Notes: generated by a model not told the origin, from the letters alone. A DNA stretch of 64,000 nucleotides from Adineta vaga (GCA_021613535.1 CP075496.1:11346001-11410000); one strand, 5' to 3'; numbered from the stretch's first letter, positions 1 to 13,391 are shown. Numbers and translations: made by a program.

Positions 1-1
1 T

Positions 2-1349
2 GATTCAATTCGACAACAGCAACAAATGAATGACAAAAAACTTTCGAATTTACGTATTCTTGATGTAACTAATTTTCCTGTTGTTGAATTAATTATTCGA
101 TACATTTCAACTCACTGTCGTCTTGCAGAAAAAGAATCAAGACGTAATCAATTGATTGATATTTATAATCAACAAAATCATCAATTAGTACCGGAATCTA
201 TATTAAATAATGAGAATGGAAATCCATGTACAACAGGTAAAATCTATTTATCATGACAAGAAACAATGTTTATATTTTTATTCTTAATTGTAGAAATTGA
301 ATATTCAGAGAATATTTCGAATGATAAAACTGATGATCTAATTAAATCAAGTTCCTATCCAGATGACATAATTATTATTCGTTTCGATTGTATAATTCAA
401 GATTATCGTACTTATGTAGAATTACTTTCAGCTCTTCGTTCATCCACTCCCAATATTCAATTACAAATCTGCACAATTGATATGCGTTGTATTGGTTTAG
501 CACTTGTTAGTAGTTTTCTTGATCATGTGGATAAACGAGTATGTTTTTTTCTTGATAAATTTCACTTCATTGTCTTTTCATTCATAATTCTAGTTTGTTC
601 ATACACTTCGCATTCCGTACAATGTTTTAACACGACAAAATCTCAAATATTTCCTTCCACGTTTGCCAAAATTAACTCAATTACATACATTAGATCTTTC
701 ATGTAATTTTATTGATTTTCGTCTTAATCAAGAAGATTTAGAACAATTTTGTTGTGTTCTAACTCAATTAAAACATTTAAAAAATCTATCTCTTAGTGGT
801 TCACCAATAACAAATCGTTTGGAATATATTCTTAATGCAATTGATCATTCATTAGAAGTATTAAATCTTGATTTCTGTTCTTTATATGAAAATGATTTAA
901 TTAGTTTAAGTCAAATGAGTACAAGACATCAATTTTTACATTTGGACTTAGGTACAAATCGTTTAAATCGTTTTATGCGTCAATTATTAATTGTTCTGAT
1001 TAAACAAACACGTCTTGTTGTCTTAGATCTTGATTATAATCGTTTTTCATCGAATGATTATTTAGAATTAATCGCTTGTTGTCAACGATTAACAACATTA
1101 AAAAGTTTAAGTGTACGTGGACCGAATTCTCTTACAACTCAATTAGCTGCAGCAACATTTATCGGTGAACATTATCGATGTTTACAATCATGGAAAATAG
1201 CTTCACCAATTGAATATTCACTCAATCGTTTTGTTGGTAATGATGAACAGAATTATTTAATACAAACTATAATGCCCTATGATATGTTCGTTAATGAAAT
1301 GAATAAACGAGCGAAATGTCTCGTTTCAATATCTGAACTAAGTGTATAG
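2..1349 (+). CDS. LRR protein, LRRC14/PRAME-like (5'-truncated by window); exons <1-236, 294-538, 594-1349
   Basis: GT-AG introns 237-293 and 539-593 join the ORFs in frame; repeated LxxLxLxxN/C motifs (LHTLDLSCN, LKNLSLSGS, LEVLNLDFC, LVVLDLDYN); LRILDVTNF resembles the PRAME/LRRC14 family. Confidence 0.7.
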
Positions 1350-1388
1350 AAATCAAAAATAAACATACGAATAAATATGCGTTTCATT

Positions 1389-2842
1389 TTATTTTATTTT
1401 GTAATGAGTTTTTTTTTTCTTTTTCTTTATAAAAGTTGATGACGTAGAAATACGATCTAGAATGATTTTCCAATCGTCAAGTAATTTCAAATGTTTTCGA
1501 TGATTATAAGTCGACATTTGTTCGCTAATGTATGTTAAATTTGTTGTGATTAATTTTAAAGCAAGATCATCAATAGAATTGAAATAAGTTATGTAAGGCC
1601 ATTGATAAAAATCAGCATATTTTAACCAATAATATATAGATGAATGATCGAATTCATTATTTGGATCAGGAATAGTTGTGTTTAAATCATAGGGTGGAAT
1701 TATGGAATGATGTTTACCTTTACCAGTTAGTGCTTTATCCCATGTTCGATCATAAATAATATTATATTTCAAATGCCACATAGTTAATAAATCAATAGAT
1801 GGAAAAAATAGTGGAATATTCATTGTATATTGTTCGAATAGACTCATAGTTGATACTTGATATGGTAAATAGATAATACCTGGATGACGAATTATATCGG
1901 AATAACTATAGAATTTGTATAATTTACGTAATGGTTTGACGATGATAGATGCATGAGATTTTTTCAAGGAAAAATTCAATTCATCAAGAAATTGTTCATT
2001 AAAATGAGAATCTCCATGCGAAGGAAAAAATATAAACTCAGGACGCATATTCACAGATTGATAATGCACATTCGTATAGGCACACATCGATGGTAGAACA
2101 GTTGTATTTATACCGGTAAAATATCGAATGTATTCAGCATCGTACAAATTATTTGCAGCAACAACATTTCTAACAAAGAAAAAAAAAGAAAAATCATCAG
2201 TAAGAACTGAGTTATTCCGTATGATATATACCGAGGATTAGAAGCAATAGTACGTAAATTTCGATTCCATTCATTCCATTCATTTACTGAAAATCTTCCT
2301 AATTCATAACGAGTTGATGCAATAACAATAATTGTTCGATTAAATGACATAAATAATTCACACATTGCTACTGGATGAAAACAAACAAATGCATCCACAC
2401 GATTCATTAATGGATCATCTTTATAAAACTCATAGAATTGTTTACGAATTGATTTATTTGGATTCATTCCATTAAGTGTCGATAGAACAAATAGATCTTT
2501 TGCACAAGTGTCAGTTATACATGATCCTGATAAACTTTTATCAATAAAACGAACATCTAATGGTGTTAATAAATGTTTTAAATCCCGTATTGGACTAATT
2601 AGAAGGGAAAAAAAGCAAGAAGAGTATTTTATTTGTTTGTTTTGTTTTCTATTTTACCTAATATGATAATCATTACTCCAAAAGGTAATTTTATCATCGT
2701 ATTCACTAAAATCTAATACTTTATTTTCATCATCACCAAGAAAGTATATCAAACTAGAACCTAATATCAAAACAGTACATAAGAAACATACAAAGATTGA
2801 ATGACGAAGTAATTGTCGATAGATTGATCGAATCAAAACCAT
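1389..2842 (-). CDS. Uncharacterised type-II membrane protein, glycosyltransferase-like; 3 exons
   Basis: N-terminal TM helix (SIFVCFLCTVLILGSSLIYFL), then FWSNDYHISPIRDLK...CFHP...YLPYQVSTMSLFEQYTMNIPLFFP (GT-B-like C-terminal signature); two introns (2657-2595 and ~2231-2170) splice in frame. Confidence 0.6.
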
Positions 2843-3525
2843 AGTTTTATCACAAATATGAATTCTACTGATACTAATGATGATGACAATAATCATTATT
2901 CCTTTTTTCTTTCTTTTTCTTCTTCTTCATTTTACTCTGCTTTTTTTGTTATTATTTGATCAAGAAATGTATGTTAATCAAATTTATTTGTCAATTACAT
3001 AAAATATATTTGTACAGTGTAGGATGATTTTTATTATTTTATAAAATGAACAAGAAACGATAGTTCTATTTCAAATATCTTTAAAAACAAGAATACAATA
3101 TGTCAAATAAGCGATAATTAAACTTTGATATAAAACTGTCAACTATATCAAATAAACTTCGTTTTATCATTTATTTATTTATAAATCAAAACGGAAGAAG
3201 AAAACAATCAAATTTCGTTTTGTTACAAATCAATTTGTAGAATTAATACACACACGCACACATTCTTATATATATATATAAACACATCACTATATAAGCA
3301 TACATATTCTAATCTTCATTTTAATTCATGATAAATTGATAGCTATCATATAAACACCATCCAGTTACTTATCTAATCGATAGAGACAGAAGAAGAAGAA
3401 AAGATCAATGAGTTGAATGTATTATTCTATTTAATAAAGTTGTAATTAACAACAAATGCTGTTCTTCCAGTCAAGAGACACACACTCATCTGACGAAATG
3501 TTCACAAAATGGAATAAGTTCTATT

Positions 3526-5316
3526 TTAAATATGATATGTTGTTGTCGATGATGATGATGATGAAGGAGAATGAATTTCACGTTGTGTATACATAGGATA
3601 GAATGTTTGCCGTGCATATGGACTCATTCGAGCTGTATGATAATGTTCTGTACGATAGTTTAAATCAGATAATTGTGAATAAATAAAAGCATCATTTGAA
3701 TAATTAATTAAATCTTGATTAACTGATGAATAAGTCGTTGGAGGAAGAAAATTAATATCTTGAGAATCCGAAATAAAACGAGAGGATATGTCAATCGATG
3801 TATTGAATGTATTCGCTTGTGAAGTTGGCGATCGACGTTGTGAACGAAGTAAACGTTGATTTGAATTGTATGGAGTAAGTGTCAGCCATACTACAAAGAA
3901 ACAAATACAAGTCGATTGTGCCTTTTAATATGTGAGAAATTGATCAATCATGCGGTTACATACCTATCGTCTATTTCAGAATCACGAAAACCTTTAGCGA
4001 ACGGATTTGATGCTATTTTTAATTGTGTTATTCGATGATTTTGATATGCTGTTACGCTGATAAATGTTGTTTCAGTAAATGTAAATGTTCGAAATGTTTG
4101 TGTTTGTTGTAGAAATGATTCATCGATTTTCGTTGTTGGTGAATAAACACAATGGATCCGTGGTTGATAACGATGCATTGAATTGAGAATAATCTGTATG
4201 AAAACAAATGGAAAACTTCGAGAAAAAAAGGATGAAAACTCTCGTTCTTACATGTCCATTTTCATCAAGTAAATTATTTGTTAATTTAAGTTTATCAAAC
4301 GAAATGATATTTTTCATCCAAGCTGAACCAATTTGTGGAGAATCAGGATGAACATGAAAACGACCAGGACAATGTGGATCAGCTTTACCAGCAACGACCC
4401 AACTTGAACTAAACAAACCAAAAATATTGATTCCAAAAAAATAACAACATTGTTTTACTTATAAAATGCATATCGATAACGTTTATCATCTAATGGTACA
4501 AAATCTACCATTAATAAATAAGTCGTTGATGGATCCATACCAGAAATTTTCACTTGTAACACTGGAAACATTCGTCTTCAAAAAGCAAAAAGAAACAAAA
4601 GAGAGAACTTAAGGTATGTTATCTAGTATTATTCCTTTTTTAAAATATGATTGAAAACACATGTGCGACTATCCCGAGAGATGAAATCATTAACATCAAT
4701 CTTATCTATTGTTCTTTTGCATATCTTTATTTTAGATACAAACAATCAGAATTATTCTCTTTTTTTCTTACCTTCCTGATCGTGTAACAATCATTTCAGT
4801 TCCTAGTTTATCAAATTCATCCCAAAGTGATTTCGATTCTAAAGTCATTTTGATATTTGCTAATTTTGGATGTAATGGTTTTTTAATTTCTTCAATTTCA
4901 TTTGACGAATTATCACTACTGAATTGACATGTTGATTTAATTTTTTCCGTTGCAGATTGAATATAATCTAAGAGAAAAGTTCCAAAATAATATTATGTTT
5001 TTTGTTTATGGAGTTAATCATACTAACTTTCCATATGATTTGTTGTTACTAAACTCTTTTGAAGATTTGTTATTTGTTTATTATTCATTGATCGATTATC
5101 TTTTTTCTTCAAATCTTGTTCGTTATTTGCTGGATGAAGATCTTGTCGACAATCATTTGTAACTTTTTCCATTGGACATGTATTCATATTAAAGTTTGGT
5201 TCAAGAGAATTTGTCATGGTATGGTATATAACTTGTTCATCATCACAATATTCTGATGTAATCAATGAAGCAATACTGAAACTACTAGCGCGTGGTGTTA
5301 ACGGATTATTATCCAT
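3526..5316 (-). CDS. TBX1: T-box transcription factor, Tbx1/org-1 subfamily; 6 exons; C-terminal frame ambiguous
   Basis: Spliced T-domain [23 protein letters not shown]...[31 protein letters not shown]...[26 protein letters not shown]...[24 protein letters not shown] matches Tbx1-diagnostic residues. Confidence 0.9.
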
Positions 5317-7183
5317 CGAAGAAAATGCTTGTCGAGTGAAAGCACAGAAGAAAGAATTGTTGATAAGGTAATATCAATAGTTTGATTCGTTAGCAAAAAA
5401 AAATCTATACATGAGAAAAAAACGATTGAATACACTCTGTGAACGACAGTTGATTCTTTTCTTCTCTTCGTATTCGGATATATTCATTTGCTCTTCCCAC
5501 TATCATCAATGATGACTCGTCATCACCATCATCTGATAGATTGTTTATCTTCTACTTGTCTTACTTGCGGAAATATGTCTATTCTGATATATATATGATG
5601 ACTTGACAATCGTTATCATTCGTTCCTTTTCTTTGCTAGAGCGCAACTTTTTTTCTCTCTCTCTTTCTCTTTCCAGTGTTTTCTACCAATCAAATAGCAT
5701 AATCATATCAAACTCTAATTAGAATAGATTCGTTTGTTGTTGGTATAAAAAATATCAACAATAAAAGTTATTGGAATATATCTGTTCTTTTTAGAATTTG
5801 CGTTTGTTTCTATTCAGAGAGAGAGAGAGAACAAAGACTGGCTATTTCTCTTCTTTCATCTGGATTTAAGAAGATGTTGATATGAAGTTAGTTAATGAAG
5901 ATATACGAGTCCGTCTAATCAACTAATTCAATCAAAAGATTGATAGCATATATGAAGTAATAAGAGAAATATCTCACACATATGAACAATGTGATGCAAG
6001 AGTTTGGATGAAGACATACTGAAATTTCGGAAGTTCAGATACAATTAGAAATGAAATAATTCGTATAAATCATAAACTAATATCCGAGCAATTATTTACG
6101 TGAACAATACCTGTTTTGTTTGTTAACTGATATCTGAATAAATGATCACATTTGTTCGATGATCTGATCAATCAGAATCTATTCAATTCACTATATCAAT
6201 TTGAACGTTATTTTTGTGTTCAATCAAAGTCTTACAATATATTAGGTTATTTCAAAAAATGAAAAATAATGAAGGGTGAGGGCGTAGGGCTGAGTGTGAG
6301 TTTTCTTGGTGTAATTCTAGAATACTGACTTGTTGAAGGCGCTCCTACAGATTAGTTTCTCCATTCGTTTCGATCATCCAACATAAGTCATTCAAATAGA
6401 TCTAGGAGACAAAGCTGCTGAAATAGCTTTACGCTCTTTTTAGGTCACATAAGTGGACTGTCCTGCATGGACATTTTGAGGATGCTCGTTACCAGAAGAA
6501 TAGTTGGATAGTTGAACCAAGTTAACGATTTCTGTACTACTGTAAATTCGAGTATTGTTTTTCCCAATAATCGAGTACATGTTGTATATGAACGAATTAG
6601 TTTTAATCATTCTCTTGATGAATCTGATTTTAAAAGAGTACGATTCTTTTAAATATGAATTTTTGGTATCAATTTAGTTGTCATCTTTTCTTTTAAGATT
6701 TCAATTTAAACTTCATGTAATTAATTATCGTCTGTTTAGAATAAAAAAATGCTGAAATCATACAATACATATTAAACAGAAAACAAATTAAAATTTATCA
6801 AAATTTCGTAGAGTGGGGAGATTTTCGAGATGAGTTATTTCTTCGTTGTCCTTCTCTGAAAAATTACTTCGTTTAAAGATGATGGATATATTTTTTTCGA
6901 CTTTTTCTGTACTCATCATTTATGAGAATGCAATAGTAGTCCAAAAATGCATATATAAAATAACAGTCTACAAGTTAAATATCGTTCGTATTTGTTACGC
7001 TTGATTTCGTTCGTGTACATTTCTAAAGAATGTAATTATTCACATAGGTGTGACACAGGTTGAAAAACAAAGGAAGATAATATATAAAAAAAAGAACAAG
7101 GTTTATATAATATATGTCGTCATCTGACTATTTTTATACACGGGGTGTTTGTATTTGAATAGTTTTAATCCAGTGAAGGGAAG

Positions 7184-10100
7184 ATGAGTTGTTATCTTGC
7201 CAATGGTGAGGAATCGTGTAATACACCACCGCTGCTGTCGACTGATTTCAATGATAATGATGATGATAATGTACGTAAATCATTTTTCGTTCAGCATTCT
7301 TTTTAATGTTATTTATTTCGTAGGTAAACGATAAACTTGACGTTAAGTCACATGGAACAATTAAATGTACGTACTAATGGTTGGATTTTGAAACGATTTA
7401 TATTGATTTTAATATCTGTTTTAGTTTCTCAAAATTATTGTAATAAAGCGAATTTTGTTCGGATATCAACAGATTCTAATCCTTTGAAAGTCAAACGATT
7501 ATTCATCAGTCAAAATCAAGATCAAGTAGACTTTTCGATTTCATATACTTTATTTCAATTCTTATCTGCTATTTTATAGCGTCTAACATTGGTGATATCG
7601 ACATTAGGTAGTCCAAAGGAAAGCTTTATGAGATCGAAACTATTTCGAATATTTCGTGAAAGTCTTCTTAATATAGCTCAAACGACTGGTAATCATAAAC
7701 TGTTTATTTTCAAGACAAAATTATTAATTCATTTTCTTTCTACAGATATTTATATGATTACTGCTGGTTTCAATTCTCGTGTTGCGAAATTTTACGGTGA
7801 AATCTCTCGAACAAATCCTAATCCATCTCGACCAATTCAATTAATTGTAAGTTAAACGTATGAATATTCGAATTATCATATTTGAAATAAATGTGCAGGG
7901 TATTGTTTCTTGGGGATGTGCGGCAGGCCGTGAACTACTTGATGTTCAAGGTAGTGAAGTGTTGTATTCGAAATTGAAAAGCGATACAAAATCTGAGATA
8001 CCATTAGAACCAAATCATACAAATTTCATTTTTATTGACGATGGAACAGAACGTAAACATAAATGTGCTGTTCAATTTCGTGGTCAATTTGAACGAAAAA
8101 TTATAAGTGACAAATCAACACCACAATCAGGTAAAATACCACTTATTATTATTGTGATCGAAGGTTGTGCTGATGCAATCAAAAAAGGTTTACTATCTAT
8201 TAATGAAAACAATCAGTATATTTTTTATCTTTGTCTTTTAGCTTATCGAAATATAGTTGAAGATTGTACTCCTGTTATCTTCGTTGAAGGATCAGGTGGA
8301 TGTTGTGATCTCTTTGCTAAATGTTATCGTTTATACAATAGCTATAAAATAAAACCACACAGTTGTGATCCGACAAAGTTCGTTTTCTTCTAGGATAAAT
8401 CTCGAAATAAGTTTGTTTTTCCAGTGAAGAATCAGTTTTAGCAGAAGAAAATGAGAAAATCAAGACAACCATTCGTCAATCATTACAAATAGTTGATATA
8501 CAATTAGCTCAAACATCATGTACGAATGCTCCACATGATGGAACTGATTTCTTTGACCTGATCTACGAATGTGTAGAAAAACGAAGTCAATGTTTAAATT
8601 TCGTCGATTTGAGAACACATAGTATCACAGGTGATAATATTACTTTAAGCATTTTAGAAGCTCTATTTAAAGGTAACGGGAATAAAAGAGAAAGATTTTT
8701 TTCATTAGATACTATCATTAATAGTTAATTATAACAATGATTCAACAAATATGACTGAAAAGCAAAAATATGAACAATTAAATTTAGCTTATAAATGGAA
8801 ACAAATCGATTTTGTAAAAGAATCAATTATGAAATATGATCAAGATTGGAAAGTAACGATTTATGGAAAAAAATGTTTAGAAAAATTTTACTTTTTCTAA
8901 TTCTATTTAGACGATTGATTTGAAAGAACTATTTGAAACAGCTTTGTTAGAGAATCAAGCAGATTTTCTACAATTAATGCTCGATCATGATTTTCAAATA
9001 AATGATTTGTTTGAAAATAATGACAAACTTTCAAAACTTTATCAAAATGAAGTATGTCTATGATTTTGTTTTTCTTATAATTTCAAATCCAATGAATTTT
9101 ATTTTAGAATTTTACTTTCACAGATGAAATTAACGGTCCATTAAGAGCAATTTACCGAGAATTAGTTCAACCATTTATACACAATGTCTTTCAAGTAGAT
9201 GGAATTTTCGATCCCGATGATAGACCAAAAAATTCTTCGAAAAAGACATCGACTAAGCAACGAAATATCTCATCAAGTTTATTGAATTCTATTGGTCTTT
9301 TGTTTTCTATTTCATGATTTTATTCAGATAATTCATCATCAATATTTACTGAAATGGATGTCAATAAAGAACTTTTCTTATGGTCAATTGTAACAGGAAG
9401 AAGAGAAACAGCTTTACTTTTTTGGACACGTGGAAGAAATAAAATCTGTGAATATTCAAAATAATTTTCTGATTCGATAGAATTTTGATGATGATGATGA
9501 TCTAGGTGCGGCATTCATGGCAGTATTAGTGTATAAAAGTAAAGCTCGAATAGAGAAAAATACTAAATATATTGAATGGGCTAACGAAATGGAACAATTA
9601 GCAGTGGATATATTGGAAAAATTCCATGATAATAATGTTTCGAAATGTAAACAGGCGATTATACGAGCAGTACGAGAATATGATAATGTTAGTTGGTTAC
9701 AATTAGCTGTTATTGCTGAATCGAAAGCATTCATTTCTAAACAAGCAGTACAAGATGTATTGAAAGATATATGGTCTGTTTAGATAATGCCGATGAATCT
9801 TCATTTATTGCCATGAATGTTTTAGGTACGGACGAATTGCTCAAGGAAATGGACATTTAAATATCGTATTTTCAAGTATTATGCTTTGGTATAGTGGTTT
9901 TCTTTCTTATGATGCAATATCCGATGAAATAATAGACGAACCTATTGACATTACTGTATGTTAATTGATTTAAACTACTTTTCAAGATAGTCGATTTCTC
10001 TCTTTGTTAGAATTGTCCAGATGAATCAAATAGTACTCAAAGTTTTACACCATTTTTCACGTCAAATATTAAATGGTAAGAGTTTTTCAAGCGAAAGTTA

Positions 10101-12160
10101 ATCTTTGGAAACGTTGTACTTCTTTAGTATTGACAATGATCCAGATACAACACGTTTGCGATTAATTAATGTTCATTGTCGTGATGAAGAAAATATAAAA
10201 ATGAGTAGAGATAATAATTCGAGACAAAGGTAAAGAAATGTTTCTTGTTATATATCCAATTTTGTCTTTCGAATCATTTTTATAAGACAAACTCGAATTT
10301 CTGAATACATAGACAATATTTCAACATTTATACATGCTCCATATGTGAAATATCTCTATAATTTAGTAAGTTAATTTGTTCAATATCTTGAATAATAGAT
10401 AGAAATCGAATTTTACTGAAATAATGATTTCATTTTATATCTAATAGTATTCTCACTTGATTTTTCTTATGTTATTTTCCTACGTATTATTATGTGATTA
10501 TCATCCATTATATAAATTTCAATCTGATGGATGTTCTTCCAATGATGAAGAACGAAATATGAATGAAATCGATAGTCAAAATCGATCTCAATTAAATTTA
10601 ACAAAAACAAAATTCATTATGAATAGAAGTTCGTCGAAAAAGATCAATTTCAATTTGATCGTAGACCATCAACAACGGAAATAATTCTAATCTTATGGGT
10701 GATAACTATATTTATAGAAGAAATTCGACAAGTAAGAAAGACTGTATATTCAATTGATTCTTGAATATTTACTCCAACTAGATGAAAGGAAAGAAAATTC
10801 AATCAATATTTCGAAAATTTGCAATGTATTTTGCTATATTTTGGAATAAATTAGATCTAGTTGGTATTATTCTATTCTTCATTGCTGTTGTTCTTCGATT
10901 TCTACCAGTCGATCAAGGATTTTGTATTGCACGAGCTATTCTAGCCATCGATTTATCAATTTGGTGTGTTCGAACACTGGATATATTTTCAGCTGTCAAA
11001 AGACTTGGCCCAAAACTTGTCATGATTGGAACAATGGTAAAACTTTTTTCACTTTATTTTGTCTTAGTTTTTTTTTAGTTCTATTTTTTTTCTTAAGGTT
11101 GCTGATTTGACATTTTTCATGTTTATGTTAGGTTTAATTATATTAGCATTTGGTGTACCAACATATGGTTTATTAAATGGTGTTGAAGATTTTTCTTGGC
11201 ATATTCCACGTAAAATAATTAATTTAGCTTATTGGGATATTTTTGGTGAAGTTCAAGCTATTGATGATATTGAAAGTATGTTTGTCTAGCTTTAAATTGA
11301 TTGAAATGGATGATTATCTTTGTCGTATTTTAGAAAATTATGGAGTCAGTGGTTATGTAATGTTTTTTCTATTAGTTGCATATACAACTGTTGCAAGTAT
11401 TCTTCTAGTCAATCTTCTTATTGCAATGTTCACGTAAGCTTGATTTTGAACTATTTATTTTTATCATTTTCTCTTCTATTTTTAGCACTACCTTTGATCT
11501 CCTTCATAATGATGCGGATTGTATATGGAAATTTCAACAATATTCATTGGTATGTTATCATTCTCGACGGCCATTATTACCACCGCCATTGATTATCCTT
11601 TCACATATTTGGCGTGTAATTATTTATCTTTTCTCACATGTTTTTGAAACTAAATCATTTTACAAACGATACATGAAACGAAAAAATCGAGCAAAATTCA
11701 GTAAAGTTAAATTAAATTAAATTCTATTCACCATAGATTTGTTTAATTTGATAGAAATTTATGTGAATGCAATGTTGACTAAACAAATTCAAGAAATTGA
11801 AGATGCATTAGGAAATGAAGTTTTTCTGTTTTCATTAAAACCGAATCGAACACAAATCAACAATTCAAAGCTTTCGTGTGAAGAGCAAGAGTAAGAGCGA
11901 AAGATATTTTTCTACGAATGGAAAACAAAATTTACATTTAGTTATTCAATACAAGAAACAGTTTTAAATAGAATCAAAACACTTGAAAATCAAGTTCAAA
12001 GCATACAAAATCAGGTAGAAAACTATAGAGTGTTCTATGAAAAAAAGATTTTGTTTTCTCTTTTCTTTAGCAAAATAATGTAATCCAACATTTGGAAATT
12101 TTACTAAATGGAATGAAAAGTCTTACAGGAAATAATGAAAGTTTCAAGAAACGTTCGTAA
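7184..12160 (+). CDS. TRPM-family cation channel (~25 exons), no C-terminal enzyme domain
   Basis: SLOG/MHR motifs (GIVSWG, LEPNHTNFIFIDDG, VEGSGGCCD), S1-S6 (WNKLDL, LGPKLVMIGTM, YWDIFGEV, LLVNLLIAMF), TRP box WKFQQY..YHSRRPLLPPPL; exons manually spliced in frame except near 10640. Confidence 0.9.
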
Positions 12161-12622
12161 ACAAAGATAAGTTTTGGTTCAATAAGATAGAACGAGATTC
12201 TTATAAAAAATTGTATTCTTGTTGAAAATAAATCTAGATATTCAATAGAAATCGGATATGAATTGAAGCGCATAAGAAATTCTTATTCCATACGTATATA
12301 TTTCGTTTATTCACACACATAAAGAACAAAAACAAAATTCAGTCAATTATCGAAGAAAAAAGAAAGGAAATGTTGGAATATTTGAGCTAAAAGTTTAATA
12401 ATACAAGTAAGTGATCAGTTGATAAAATCACTATCTAGAATTTCATAATACATACACACGTACAATAATAATAAGAAAATGAAAATGTATCAAAGTAAAA
12501 CAGTTTGATGTATGTTGAAAAGAAAGTGGGTGGATGGAAGAAAAAAGAAACTAAAGAATAAGATTGAATCATTGTTTTTATGTCTATATTTATCCAAAAA
12601 GAAGATTGATTAATAAAGTTAT

Positions 12623-13170
12623 TTAGGTTTCGTTTCGTTCTGCACCCACAAAGAAACCAGCCCCAAATGCAAGTAATGTAAGCGCTGTCCAGAGAAAGTA
12701 ATGTGCAGCAACGCATAAATGATATGAAGATCCAACTGATGTATGACCTAGAAGTGTACTTCCGTATGGAAAAAGATACACATCTAGATCACGTGTATAA
12801 GTTCCCCAGGTGGCATACGCCGACATAACAAAGATCGATGAAAAGTATAAGAGACCTAATGCTATGAATATAACTATTATTTTTCGAAGAAATATACTGG
12901 CTATGGTCGCTGCTATAGCGAAGACAAGTAATAGAAGACCAAAAATAGAAAGGCCAGCTTGCGTAACTCGATTTAGATTGTAACATCCTGGACCGGTACC
13001 TACGAGTTTACCACTATATTATCTCCATAACATGTTCGGAAGAGACCAATTGTATTTCCATCTCCAGCATCGAGCCATGTTGGTGTAGCAACACTAATAA
13101 TTAAAAGTAGCAAAGAAAAACCACTAATACCAGCTGCTGCTATGAGACAAATTTTACCAAAATCTGGCAT
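12623..13170 (-). CDS. Intronless four-TM claudin/PMP22-like membrane protein (1-nt frameshift at ~13016)
   Basis: MPDFGKICLIAAAGISGFSLLLLIISVATPTW..GLFRTC (claudin-type W-GL[W/F]-C) followed, after a frame change, by a second Cys and three further hydrophobic helices ending GAERNET*. Confidence 0.7.
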
Positions 13171-13367
13171 GAGAGTAATTTAATGAATAAATAATCGTAA
13201 AGATGAAACGATCTGTAAGACAAACATAGAAAAATATATAATAATAGATAAATTTATTTAGCTTTTTCTGTAAGTTTTTTTCCGATAATGATCATGTTCG
13301 ACTGATTCTTTTATTTTTATATAAAAAAACTCTCGGTACATGTACTTGACAACAGTGATCGATAGTC

Positions 13368-13391
13368 AGAAGAAGTTTTAAAACTTCTTCT
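13368..13391. repeat. Perfect 24-bp palindrome AGAAGAAGTTTT/AAAACTTCTTCT
   Basis: Directly visible inverted repeat with no spacer. Confidence 0.9.

Noticed and set aside
10634-10642. Programmed -1 ribosomal frameshift at G_AAA_AAG in TRPM
   Set aside because: Not a full slippery heptamer and no evident downstream structure; an indel or cryptic intron is simpler
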